Source: Candidatus Latescibacterota bacterium (GTDB lineage Bacteria > Latescibacterota > UBA2968 > UBA8231). From it: a DNA stretch of 64,000 nucleotides. The translations under genes were made by a program, and so were the position numbers. The stretch lies in the NCBI GenBank assembly GCA_965206595.1, contig OZ242214.1, forward strand, positions 3,232,001 through 3,296,000, in the 5' to 3' direction. The notes under the pieces were generated by a model. The model was not told where the DNA came from and did not search any database. It saw only the letters and a list, made by a program, of their open reading frames with translations. Positions 22,001 through 33,617 of this stretch are shown one piece after another (position 1 is the stretch's first letter; every line of letters begins with the position of its first letter).

Positions 22001-25000
22001 ATGCGTTGCCATCTTTTTCAGATCAACCCATTTGCCCACCATGGAAACTGGGTGAAAATCCTGGCGGTTCTGTTGGTTGGTTTCAGCGCGTCGATTGCTC
22101 GGAGTGAAGAATTCGTTTGCGGATTTGTACCCCCCGAAGACGGAGCCACGGGAGCAAGTGGCACGGTCAATCTCTATCGAGAAGGAACCGTGAGACCGAT
22201 GATCCTGTATGGGGAGTTCAATGGTGCGGAAAATAACGACAGCTCTTTATTGAGCCTTTCGGATCGAGAAGGGAGAATAAACCAGAGTGCAGCCAACTTC
22301 CTATCCATAACCCATGAAGGAAGTTTGTCGCATTATTTCTTCAAGATGTCGCATCGTAAATTGACTTTGGCCCCTCCCCTTACCGGGAGTACTGCAAGAT
22401 GGTATGAATCCAGCGATGACGAAGTCTCCGATTACGTAGGGTCTCCCTGCGCCACCTGGTATTCAGGTGTGAAGAGATTCGTCCAGGAAGTAATTGTGGA
22501 GGCCGATGCGGAGGGAGTTGACTTCAGCCAAACGAACATGGTAGCCGTTATCACACCACGAGACTTTGGCGATGAATGCAGTAAGAATGGGACCGTTTTT
22601 TATAATTTGTCCCTTCCTACGCCCGTAGATGGAAAAACCCGTTTGGATAGGGTTATCACCGCGGACTATCGGGGCAGTTTCGCTTACATCGTTGGAGTTT
22701 TGGCCCACGAATACGGTCATGCGATGGACCTGCCTGAACTTTTTGATCGCACCCATCAGCGGGACAAAATCAATTCGGCAAGTCACAGTGCCGGCATCGG
22801 CCGTTGGGGGGTGATGGCGTCGGGTAACTTGGGATGGGAACATACGCCCACCGGCAAATCCGATCCGGTAAACGATGGCCCCAATCCCATGTCGATGTGG
22901 TCACGGGTGGAAGTGGAGTGGGTGGACCCTGTGGTTTTGGAAGCCGACCAATCGGGAGTCGAAGTCCAAAAAGTAACCTCTTCTTCGAATAGTGCCTACA
23001 AAATCCCCATTTCCGAGTCTGAATACTTCCTGGTCTCCAATCGTCAGAAGACGGGGGGGAGTGCCTACGATATCTACATGCCGGAAGGTGGAAGTGGTTT
23101 GGCCATCTGGCATATTGATGAAGACGCAGGTTCCGGCGATGATGCCAACGAATATGAGAGACACAAGCGTGTTGATTTGGAATGTGCCGATGGCCTGTTT
23201 TCGGACCGGGGGTATCCTGGCAACACCAAGGATGTTGAGGCCGGGGGTGATAATCTGGATTACACAACCTGTTCCGATGTTGCCGCTGGATGCATTCCCA
23301 GCTATCAAGCTACTCGCAATGGTAACGTAGGAGACGCTACCGATCTTTGGGATGGAAGCTCCCACACCCAATTTACCCCGGACACCAATCCCTCCACGGG
23401 TGGGTACGAACAGGGTTTCATAGCCAAAAGGCCACAGCCTATAGCGACCCGGCAGAATGTTTTCACCGGGGTGTTTATAGAAAACATCCGACCGGTTTCA
23501 GCCAAGCCCGGCGTGATGGCGTTTGATCTTCAATTTGCACCGCTGGCTCCCAATTCCCTGGATGCGGCGATCGGCGAGGGTCGCGTAGAGCTCACCTGGG
23601 AAGCGCCCAACCCCAACCCCAACCCCGCCACGATCGCCTCGTATAAGGTCCGACACCGCCTCAGTTCATCGACTTCGGAAACTGATTGGATGGTGTCAGA
23701 CCCGTTGGGCAAGTCAGTGACCAGTCATACGGTGACGGGACTGACCAACGACAGTGAATACACCTTTGAGGTATTCGCCGTTGCCAGCAATAACAAGGAG
23801 GGAGAGCCCGCCAGTATCACCGCCATCCCCCAACAGACCATCAAAGGAGATTCGTCCCCGGAGTTTGAGGAGATACCGGACAACACTTCGAACTGGGAAA
23901 GGTTGGTGGGGAGGTATGAAAAAGCTGGCTCCTATCGTTGGGACCTGGAAGGTGACGATGATGGCAAGTTCGAGCTTTCGGGCTCGGGCGGGGTTCGCGA
24001 ACTGCTTTTTCTGAATCCCCCCAACTTTGAAGCTCCAACTTCTGCTGATGGGGATAATTTTTTTGAAATAACCATAACGGTAGAGGAGACAGGCGCGAGC
24101 GGGGCTAGCGAAACGCCCCTAATGAAACCGGTCACCGTTGAGGTAACCAATGAAAATGAAAGGGGCATGGTGACGGTGACGCCTGACCGTTACCAAGTGG
24201 ACGTGGAGCTGACCGCGACCCTGACAGACCCCGACAGCCCTGACCCCAATAACCCCCCTACCGGGATCAATTGGCAATGGAAGCGGGGATCGGTATTCGA
24301 CCATAATGGCATTCTCACCCGGGCTCCAAATCTTCCAGACCCGATTATGGGTGCCACTGATTCGCGGTACACTCCGGTTGCAGAAGATATTGGCTATGAA
24401 CTGATTGCTGAAGTTGGCTATACCGACGGTCATGGCCCAGAGAAAAAGGAACTTTCGCCGCTGCCCGTCCCGCCGAAGGTGGTGGTTGATGTGCCCTCGG
24501 CGCCTGGAAACCTGCGGGCGGCCCCGCGCGATCGTGCGGTGCTTTTGACCTGGGACACGCCGGCGGACAACGGCTCGGCGCTTACCAGATATGATTACCG
24601 CCAGAGCACGGACGGGGGGACGACGTGGTCGCCGGACTGGGGGACGATTCCCCTTCCCTCCGGCACGACGGCCGCCGACCTCGAGGAGCACACGGTCACG
24701 AGCCTGACGAACGGCACCGTGTACACCTTCGAGGTGCGGGCCGTCAACGAGGTCGGGGACGGCGCCGCGGCGCAGGTTACCATGCCCCCGGAAAACCTGG
24801 CGGCGGAATGGGTTCTGGACGGTCTCGATATTTTTGCCGACCACAAAGTCACGCTGACCTGGGACGATCCGGGCGATACCCCGCATTACGGGATGGGACA
24901 CACGGCGGAAGGCGGGCTCTTTGGCCTGGCAGGACTGGCAGGAGATAAGCGGCAGCGGTGCGACTACGGTCACGCATACGGTGGAGGGCGTGAAGATGTG

Positions 25001-26715
25001 GCGGGGGCACCGGTTCAAGGTGCGGCCTCGCTACGGGACCTTCACGGGGGCGGAGCCGGAGGTGATGTTGTCCCCGCCATCGCATTTCCGGCAGCTGCTG
25101 TCGGTGAAGCCCCGAGGCGGGGCGGGCAAGGCGCAGTTCGAGGTGGGGTTTGACCTGTCGGTCGAGGATGAGGACCTGCCGGAAAGCGCTTATACGGTCC
25201 CGTCGGCCAACGTCCGGTATCAGCTGGTGACGATCAGCGCGACGGGGGTCACGACGACCAGCGATTTCGTAGACCTGGCCAATTTCTCTCTGCTTCTGCC
25301 TGCCGGGGCGAGCCTGGTATCGACTTTTTCGGCAACCGACCTTGCGCCGGTGGAGGGGTTGGCCGGGGGCGCGTCGGAGGCTCAAGCCGCCGCTTTCCGG
25401 CAGGCGGCGACGCTGCGAATCACGGGCCTGGACCCGGGCGTGACCTACCGAATCAAGATGCGCCTGGTCGCTTCGGACGGGGCGACGATTTCGGAGTCGA
25501 CTTCGGGTTCGGTGCTGGGTCTTCGCTGGCAGCGACCGACCGCCGGGTCGGTGGAGTTGACCTGGACGCATCCGGACGATCCGGCGATCACGGCCTGGCA
25601 GTATCGTCAGCAGGCGGGCAGCGGGTCTTGGGGGGTTTGGCAGAGCGTGCCCAACAGCACGGCGTCGACGACGAGTCACACGGTGTCCAGCCTGGACGCG
25701 GAGGAGACCTACCGGTTTCAGGTAGGCGCGATCGGTCCGGGGGGTCTGGTTGCCGAATCGTTCACGGTGTCGGCGGCTCCGAAGCCTTTGGTGGCGCCGG
25801 GCACCCTGCGTGCGGACCCCGGCCACGCGTCGATGACGTTGCGTTGGGACGACGCGAACAATGCCCGCATCACCGGGTGGCAGTATCGGCAGCGGCAGGC
25901 CGGAGAGGATTGGGGAGCGTGGCAGCCGGTCCCGAACAGCACGGCGTCGACGACCTCGTATACGGTGACGGGCCTGACCAACGGGGTGAGCTACCGGTTC
26001 CGGGTGCGGGCCTTGGCCGGGTCCCGGGAGGGTCCCTTCGGGAAGTCGGTGGGAGGTCCGCCCAACGGCTTGCGTGCCCAGGCGTTGAACGGCGCGGTGG
26101 AGCTGGTCTGGGCGGACCCGTCCGATTCCCGAATCGCGGGGTGGCAGTATCGGGTGCGCGAGCGTCAGGACAGCTGGGGCAGCTGGAGTGGGTGGCAGCC
26201 GATCCCGGGCAGCACGGCGTCGACGACCTCGTATACGGTGCCGGACCTGACCAACGGGGTGAGCTACCGGTTCCGGGTTCGGGGGGTGGCCTCGAATGGC
26301 CGGGTGGTGCTGGCCCGCACGTATTTGTCGAAGAGCACCAGCTACGGTGCGTGGTCGCCGGATGGCGGCCATATCGCCTTCGGTGACGTCTGGGGGCCCG
26401 GGCTTTTTGTCGCCGATTCTGCCGGGGCGCAGGTGCGGGAGCTTCTGGACAATGTCCAGGTCGGCGCTCTTTCCTGGTCGTCCGACAGCCAGCGGATTGC
26501 CTTCACCCAGGTGAGCGACGGGGCGACGGGCGCGCGCCTCTGGGGGCATCTACGAGGTGGAACTGGATGGCACGGGTAAGCGGTCTCGAGACGCCCATTT
26601 CGACGCTTGGGAGCATGCGCTCGATTCCGGTACGGTAATCGTCGAAAAGACTTGGGGGCAGGTCAAAGCACAGCAACTAAATCACATTACAATCAATCGC
26701 GGAGGTGACGCATGA
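22001..26715 (+). pseudogene. Head-stalk gene copy 3: M6 (InhA-like) metalloprotease + cadherin/FN3 stalk fused to a TolB C-terminal half
   Basis: FVCG propeptide Cys, HEYGHAMDLPELFD, IGRWGVMASG, EYFLVSNRQ, LAIWHIDE; extra C near 24880 and extra GCGC near 26533; corrected end KTWGQVK...GGDA* at 26715; may be intact if indels are errors. Confidence 0.85.
26314..26628 (+). repeat. Direct repeat of the TolB 3' half
   Basis: Near-identical to 27328-27638 (RTYLSKSTSYG...EHALDS). Confidence 0.92.
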
Positions 26716-27716
26716 AAGCGCTCGTACTACTTCTCGCATTCCTTTTCTGCTTTGGATGCGAAATGCCGGTCGAAGCCCAAGCCCAAGAGGAGGAAGAAGC
26801 CGGGCAGGACCAGGGGTTCAAGGTTTATTGGGAGTTCGTCGATGACGACCGAGAGTATGTGATCTACCGAAGCAACTTGGACGGGAGCGGCGAACGGGAG
26901 CTCGCCGTGGGGTATACTCCCGCCCTTTCTCCGGATCGGACCCACATGGTCTATGTAAGACTGGCGGATCTGTACCTGATGGATCTCGAGACCGAGGAAG
27001 AAACCCTGCTGCTTGATAATCGAACGATTTCCCCATCCGGAAATGCGGGGGCCGGACATCCCAAATGGCACCCCGATGGAGAGACGATCTTCTTTGATCT
27101 TGGAAGTATAGCCCACCTGCTCGATCTCTACTCGATAAAGAAGGACGGCACGAATCTCCGGCTGCTCGCCAAACAAGGCAGTCTGGCCAACGCATGGCCT
27201 TCTCCCTTCTCGCCGGACGGCCGCAAGTTTTTGTATAACGACTGTTTCGACGAATGCTACACGCTGCTGGTCTTCGACCTCGACGACCTCGACACGGTTA
27301 CCGGATCATCCTCCACGGACTCCCCTTCCCGCACGTACTTGTCGAAGAGCACCAGCTACGGTGCGTGGTCGCCGGATGGCGGCCATATCGCCTTCGGTGA
27401 CGTCTGGGGGCCCGGGCTTTTTGTCGCCGATTCTGCCGGGGCGCAGGTGCGGGAGCTTCTGGACAATGTCCAGGTCGGCGCTCTTTCCTGGTCGTCCGAC
27501 AGCCGGCGCATCGCCTTCACCCAGGTGAGCGACGGGGCGACGGGCGCCTCGGGGGGCATCTACGAGGTGGGTTTGGATGGCACGGAGAAGCGGTCTCGAG
27601 ACGCCCATTTCGGTGCTTGGGAGCATGCGCTCGATTCCACTACGGTCGTCGGCGACCAGCCCTCTGACCAGCCCTCTGAGAAGACTTGGGGGCAGGTCAA
27701 AAAAGAACAGCGGTAA
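26712..27716 (+). CDS. TolB-like (PD40) beta-propeller secreted protein, paralog 2
   Basis: Homologous to 16842-17750, including the CxDxC motif; ends KTWGQVKKEQR. Confidence 0.85.
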   Translation: MKALVLLLAFLFCFGCEMPVEAQAQEEEEAGQDQGFKVYWEFVDDDREYVIYRSNLDGSGERELAVGYTPALSPDRTHMVYVRLADLYLMDLETEEETLLLDNRTISPSGNAGAGHPKWHPDGETIFFDLGSIAHLLDLYSIKKDGTNLRLLAKQGSLANAWPSPFSPDGRKFLYNDCFDECYTLLVFDLDDLDTVTGSSSTDSPSRTYLSKSTSYGAWSPDGGHIAFGDVWGPGLFVADSAGAQVRELLDNVQVGALSWSSDSRRIAFTQVSDGATGASGGIYEVGLDGTEKRSRDAHFGAWEHALDSTTVVGDQPSDQPSEKTWGQVKKEQR

Positions 27717-27992
27717 AAACTCCAACCCAACTAAAAACACCAAAACCCGAAAGGTTCCGGGATGAAAAGAGCGATCCTGTACGCCGCCTTGTGCCTGAGC
27801 GGAACTGCCCTGGCACAGGACACGACCTACTTCAAGCAGGACTTCGAGGATCATAGTCTGCGCACGTGGGCGCAACACGTTGTCAACGAAAATACCATCA
27901 CGCCTCAGCCCCTGCCTCATGTCAAGTTCAATCGCATCCGAGGCGGAAGAGCCGACCGCGCCCTTCTCGATACAACAATAGACGGCGTTGTC

Positions 27993-29165
27993 CTAGTGTC
28001 ATGTCGTGTAATTAACTGTACAAACAATTGAAAGTGCCGTAGGTTTCCCTTATCCCCCTTCTGAAAGGAGAGACCTATGGTGACGGGGCGTCCATTAACG
28101 CCGTTAGAGCTGAGTCCGTCGGACCGGGAACGACTGGAATCGATGGCCAAATCACGAAGTCTTCCCCACGGATTGGTGCGGCGAGCCGAGATGGTGCTGC
28201 TGGCCGCCGATGGCTGGCCCAATGAAGCGGTCGCTTCCGCGGTGGGTGTGACGCGAGCTACGGTGGGCAAATGGCGCCGGCGTTTTCTCGACAACGGACT
28301 CAATGGCTTGTATGATGAACTACGTTCAGGGGCGCCGCGATCGATCACGGACGAGCAGGTAGCCGAGGTGGTATACAAGACCCTGAAGACCAAGCCCAAA
28401 GACGAAACACAGTGGTCGGTGCGCTCCATGGGCGAAGAAACCGGCCTGACCAAGGACGCGGTTCATCGCATTTGGCGCACGTATGGTTTGCAGCCCCATC
28501 GACACAAGCGCTTCAAGCTTTCCACCGATCCTTTCTTTGTCGACAAAGTACGGGATATCGTCGGCTTATACCTGAATCCCCCCGAGCACGCCCTGGTGCT
28601 GTGCGTGGACGAGAAGAGCCAGATCCAGGCGTTGGAACGAAGTCAGCCCATGCTGCCCCTGGGACTGGGATACGTGGAAGGGATTACGCACGACTACAAG
28701 CGGCACGGCACCACCACCCTGTTTGCCGCCCTGGACATCGCCACCGGGGAAGTGATGACCCAGTGCAAGCCCCGTCATCGTCACCAGGAGTTCCTCCAGT
28801 TCCTGCGCCACATCGAGGCCAACGTGCCCGCTGACCTCGATATTCATCTCGTCGTCGACAACTACGCCACGCATAAGCATGCCAAGGTCAAGCGATGGCT
28901 GGCACGGCGTCCCCGATTTCACCTTCACTACACTCCCACGTATGCTTCGTGGCTCAATCAGGTGGAGATCTGGTTCAATATCCTCACCCGCCAGGCGGTT
29001 CGGCGCGATTCGTTCCGCAAGGTGTCGGAGCTCATCGAGCGAATCGAACGCTACACGGCCAAATGGAACGCCAACGCACACCCTTTCGTCTGGACGGCTA
29101 CGGCGGATTCCATCCTCGCCAAAATCAAGAGACTTTGTGAACGAATCTCTGCGACAGGACACTAG
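27993..29165 (+). mobile_element. IS630-family insertion sequence
   Basis: CTAG at both ends (27993-27996, 29162-29165); inverted ends CTAGTGTCATGTCG / CGACAGGACACTAG. Confidence 0.9.
28077..29165 (+). CDS. IS630-family transposase
   Basis: [66 protein letters not shown]. Confidence 0.95.
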   Translation: MVTGRPLTPLELSPSDRERLESMAKSRSLPHGLVRRAEMVLLAADGWPNEAVASAVGVTRATVGKWRRRFLDNGLNGLYDELRSGAPRSITDEQVAEVVYKTLKTKPKDETQWSVRSMGEETGLTKDAVHRIWRTYGLQPHRHKRFKLSTDPFFVDKVRDIVGLYLNPPEHALVLCVDEKSQIQALERSQPMLPLGLGYVEGITHDYKRHGTTTLFAALDIATGEVMTQCKPRHRHQEFLQFLRHIEANVPADLDIHLVVDNYATHKHAKVKRWLARRPRFHLHYTPTYASWLNQVEIWFNILTRQAVRRDSFRKVSELIERIERYTAKWNANAHPFVWTATADSILAKIKRLCERISATGH

Positions 29166-31889
29166 CCAACCGGTCCTTGGAAGTGTTCATACCGGATTCC
29201 ACGAGCACGGATGACAGGGGGGATGCACTCCCCTCCCTCCACTTCGGGCGAAGCATCAGCTACTACCTGGGCGGCAGGATCGTCCGTGGCGACGCGACGA
29301 ACCTATGGCCAAGGGGTAATGATCGGATCTACGATTCGTTAGTGCCGGATAACGATGAGATGTACCTGAGGTATCATGTTAAACTGGAGGATGGCTGGCG
29401 TTTCTTAGAAAGACATGTAGTAAAAATCCCTGGTCTGGCAGGCACGTACAATGCCGGGGCGGGCGGCTGGAGGCCCGATCCGGAGCAAGGGTCTGTGGGG
29501 TGGTCGGCGCGCCTGCTGGCGGGAAGGGGGCCGGAATACCCCACAAACCAATGGTCGCCGTTGTCCTACGTCTATCACCTGAACCAGGAGAACGACACAG
29601 GCGATCACTGGCCTTATGACGAGACGGAGGGAAGAGTTGATTGGAACGCCGCGCCACGCCTTCAGATGAACCAATGGTATCGCATCGAGCAGCGCATCAA
29701 AATGAACGATCCGGGCCATGAAAACGGCCTGACCGAGGTCTGGATCAACGGCGAGAAGGATCCGGATTTATGCGTTTATGATTTGGCCTATACGACCCAC
29801 GATACTATCGGGATCAACCGAGCCTGGGCGGACATCCACTACGGCGGCAAATACCGTTCTCCTGCCGACAACACCCTGTTCCTCGACAACTTCCACGTCT
29901 CCACCAACCCCACCCCCTGGTCGGGTGAGTTGGTCGGCAGCAGCAAGTGGTCGGGCACGATCCTGGTCACCGGCGACGTCACGATTCCCGACGGAATGGA
30001 CCTGACCATCGCAGCCGATACCGAGATTCGCTTTGCGGCCAACAGCGACGAAACCGGCGGGGGCAGCGACACCGCCCGCTCGGAGCTGATCGTCGAGGGC
30101 GAGCTTGTTGCGACGGCGAGCGGCATCACCTTGGGCTCGAGCAACACCACCGACCCGTCCGACGAGGACTGGTACGGGATCCGGGTGAAGAGCGGGGGCG
30201 AGGCGACTTTGACCGGGGTGACGGTGAAGGACGCGAAGCATTGTGCGGAGGAGGAGTCCGGCGGCACCCTGACCATGTCGGAGGTTACCCTGTCCAACTG
30301 TGGGTCGCCGCCTGAGAATCTGCGTGCGCAATGGGTTTTCGACGGCAGCCATGCCTTCGGACACTCCAAGGCGAGTCTGAGCTGGACCGACCCGAGCGAT
30401 ACCCGGATTACGGGGTGGCAATATCAGAAGAAGGAAGGCAGCGGGACCTTGGGTTCCTGGCAGACGGTGTCCGACGAAGATGCCTCCCTGAATACGGTCA
30501 CGCAGGAGGTGGATGGCCTGAAGAGCTGGAAGACGTACCGGTTCAAGGTGCGGGCCCGTGCCGGACGCGTACCGGGTCCCGAATCCGAAGTGGGGCTGTC
30601 TCCGTTGCCGGTTTTTACGCAGTCGCTGCAGGTGCTGCCCCGGGGCGGTTCGGGCAAGGCGCAATTCGACCTGGTGTTTTCTCCCCCGGTGGACGGTCCG
30701 GACCTTCCGGATGATGCGCAGCAGGTTTCGTCGGGCAACCTCCGGTATCAGCTGGTGACCGTCGACGCGGAGGGCGCGACGAATACCAGCGATTTCGTAG
30801 ACCTGGCCAATTTCTCTCGGCTTCTGCCTTCCGGGGCGAGCCTGGCATCGACTTTTTCGGCAACCGACCTTGCGCCGGTTGAAACGACGGTTGGGGGTGC
30901 GTCGGAGACTCAAGCCGCCGCTTTCCGTCAGGCGGCGACGCTGCGAATCACGGGCCTGGACCCGGGCGTGACCTACCAAATCAAGATGCGTCTGGTCGCT
31001 TCGGACGGGGCGACGATTTCGGAGTCGACTTCGGGTACGGTTCTGGGTCTTCGCTGGCAGCGACCGACCGCCGGGTCGGTGGCGTTGAGCTGGACCGATC
31101 CCAACAAGCCGTTTATCAGGACTTGGCAGTATCGTCAGCGGGCCGGCAGCGGCTCGTGGGAGGGCTGGCAGAACGTGCGCGACCCCGGCGCGACGACGAC
31201 GACGGACACGGTCTCGGGTCTCGAGGCGGAGGAGACCTACCAGTTCCAGGTGCGGGCGCTGGTGCCGGGGGGTCCGTTGGCGGAATCGTTCACGGTGTCG
31301 GCGGCTCCGAAGCCTTTGGTGGCCCCGGGCACCCTGCGGGCGGACCCCGGCCACGCGTCGATGACGTTGCGTTGGGACGACGCGAACAATGCCCGCATCA
31401 CCGGCTGGCAGTATCGGCAGCGGCAGGCGGAGAGGATTGGGGAGCGTGGCAGCCGGTCCCGGGCAGCACGGCGTCGACGACCTCGTATACGGTGACGGGC
31501 CTGACCAACGGGGTGAGCTACCGGTTCCGGGTGCGGGCGTTGGCCGGGTCCGAGGAGGGTCCCCACGGGAAGTCGGTGGGCGGTCCGCCCAACGGCTTGC
31601 GGGCCCAGGCGTTGGACGGCTCGGTGGAGCTGGTCTGGGCGGACCCGTCCGATTCCCGTATCGCGGGGTGGCAGTATCGGGTGCGCGAGGGTCAGGGCAG
31701 GTGGAGTGGGTGGCAGCCGGTCCCGGGCAGCACGGCGTCGACGACCTCGTATACGGTGCCGGACCTGACCAACGGGGTGAGCTACCGGTTCCGGGTGCGG
31801 GGGGTGGCCTCGAATGGCGGGGTGGTGCTGGCCTGGCCGATGGTGGAGACGAGTCCGGACGGGTCGCTTGCGGTCCGGCCGCCGGAGAT

Positions 31890-32188
31890 TCATGTTGGAA
31901 TGATCTGGAAACCTCGGTTCAAACCGACCTGGAAGAAGGCAACCTCATCGGCCTTGGGTGGCCCTACGTTGACTGGACGGCCCGGACTTCAACGACACCG
32001 ATTGGTGGTACTTGTCCGGCGCCAAGGATGATTCGTGGAAGACCTCGGCGGTGGTTTCCGACTTCTTCTGGCTCCGGTCGACCCAGCCATGATCCCGTTG
32101 CCCACCCCCACCATCGATGATGACGCGGTGGTCGCAAAGCAATCCTGGGGGGCGCATCAAGGAAGCGTTCTTGGCTCCTTCAAAATGA
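31890..32188 (+). pseudogene. 3' remnant of a small secreted gene with an SWGRIK tail
   Basis: Fragments WNDLETSVQTDLEEGNLIGLGW and WWYLSGAKDDSWKTSAVVSDFF; removing one G gives VVAKQSWGRIKEAFLAPSK*. Confidence 0.55.
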
Positions 32189-32204
32189 AAGGGGTGGAAA
32201 TCGA

Positions 32205-33617
32205 ATGAGCGGAATACGGCACCTCGCGTTCTTACTGGCGTTCCTTGGCCATCCAACCTGGGGGACGGCTCAAGAAACGGAGGATGTCTCCAGAAAGTTG
32301 AACCCGGGAGATTTCGTCCCTTTGGAAGTGGGAAACCAGTGGACCTTTTCCCACGAGTATCTGAATGAGATGTATTTCGCCAGAGACAGGCTTTGGCCGG
32401 ATATCGTCAATGCCGACCAGGAAGGATACTGGGAACCGTATTTCAAGCAGTTTGAAATCCCTGAATATCCGATGGATGGGGAGTCGGCCCCACCCCATGC
32501 CCTACTGCGCCCCGACACGGCGGTTCTTACGGTCGAAATAACGCACACCGAACATATCAATGGGTTTGAGTATTTCGTTTTCTCCGAGCCGTCGTATACC
32601 TGGCCGCGGATGCCCAGGTTTTTTTTGGCGGGCGAGAAGGTGCGATTGTCCCAGGAGGGCATCCTGCTTTTTCACCGAAACGGCGAGGACATCCCCTTGT
32701 ACGATTTCGGGTGGTTTTCCCTGCAAAGCTACCGAGTAACTCCTGCGTCAGCCTTTGGATACGTCCCCAATGAATGGGGGGTTGACCACATCGAGGTGAA
32801 CCCATGGATGAGAGATGAGTTGACCTTCCCGGTGTATCCCTACCACTTGGATGTCGTCAAGCGTCCAAGGTATCAAGATCAGTTTTTGGAAGTCACCTAT
32901 CGCTTTGATAATGCGGAGTCTGTGGGTGACCTTGATTGGCTGGTTCAATTTGTGAACGGGTACGGGTTAGGGCGTTTCTTCCGGGAAGAAATCGGGGTCT
33001 CTTCCAGTCCTGTCTATCGGAATGTCCTTACCCCTGTTTCCGCGGTTCAGTCGGGGGAGACGGTGTCGTTTGAGGAAGCCGCGGGAAAGCTGGTGCTTTT
33101 GGTGGATCCCGATCTCCCCCCGGTAGTGGGAGAACGGGATACCCTTTTCCTGCTCGATGGGTTTGACTTCAGCGAAGGCTCCCCCGTCCCCGAATGGGAG
33201 GAAGAAGTCGATCTGGTCCTGTCTCAGCTGACGGACCATGGACAGGCCCGCAGCCCCTTTTCTTTTACCCGATACAAAAGAGGGGCTCATCTGGAGACCG
33301 ATGATTTCGCCCGATTGGTCTCAGAATGGGCCCTCGTCGACCTGCGGCTTTTCGACGAGGGACGGATCGTCCCCAAAGACGGCCACATCTATGCGTTCCA
33401 GACCCAAGAGGGGGGGACGGGTCTGATGCACATTCTGGATATCGTCCTGAGAGCTGATTCCAGCGTCATTTATTACATCCTGTTTGACTGGGTGTACTAT
33501 CCCCCCTCAGATAAACCCACCTCGATCGAATCTACCTCGTGGGGAGCGGTGAAAAACTCGTTTTACCGAGGGAAACATCCCACCGATTCGGCAAAGTCCA
33601 CCGAACACAGGAGATAA
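32205..33617 (+). CDS. Secreted 'PLEVGN' family protein, paralog 3
   Basis: DFVPLEVGNQWTFSHEY...FDWVYYPPSDKPTSIESTSWGAVK; stops 6 bp before the next M6 gene. Confidence 0.85.
   Translation: MSGIRHLAFLLAFLGHPTWGTAQETEDVSRKLNPGDFVPLEVGNQWTFSHEYLNEMYFARDRLWPDIVNADQEGYWEPYFKQFEIPEYPMDGESAPPHALLRPDTAVLTVEITHTEHINGFEYFVFSEPSYTWPRMPRFFLAGEKVRLSQEGILLFHRNGEDIPLYDFGWFSLQSYRVTPASAFGYVPNEWGVDHIEVNPWMRDELTFPVYPYHLDVVKRPRYQDQFLEVTYRFDNAESVGDLDWLVQFVNGYGLGRFFREEIGVSSSPVYRNVLTPVSAVQSGETVSFEEAAGKLVLLVDPDLPPVVGERDTLFLLDGFDFSEGSPVPEWEEEVDLVLSQLTDHGQARSPFSFTRYKRGAHLETDDFARLVSEWALVDLRLFDEGRIVPKDGHIYAFQTQEGGTGLMHILDIVLRADSSVIYYILFDWVYYPPSDKPTSIESTSWGAVKNSFYRGKHPTDSAKSTEHRR

Larger units (their letters stand above)
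27762..32031 (+). pseudogene. Head-stalk gene copy 4: PL14-like polysaccharide lyase head + stalk, split by IS630
   Basis: Removing the IS restores [15 protein letters not shown] in frame; MYLRYHVKL, VKIPGLAG, GWSARL, YVYH, NQWYRIEQRIKMN, EVWING; missing C near 31428; stalk ends near 31888. Confidence 0.82.

Noticed and set aside
27655-27680. 12-bp tandem duplication GACCAGCCCTCT (DQPS twice)
   Set aside because: In-frame linker slippage with no evident functional consequence.
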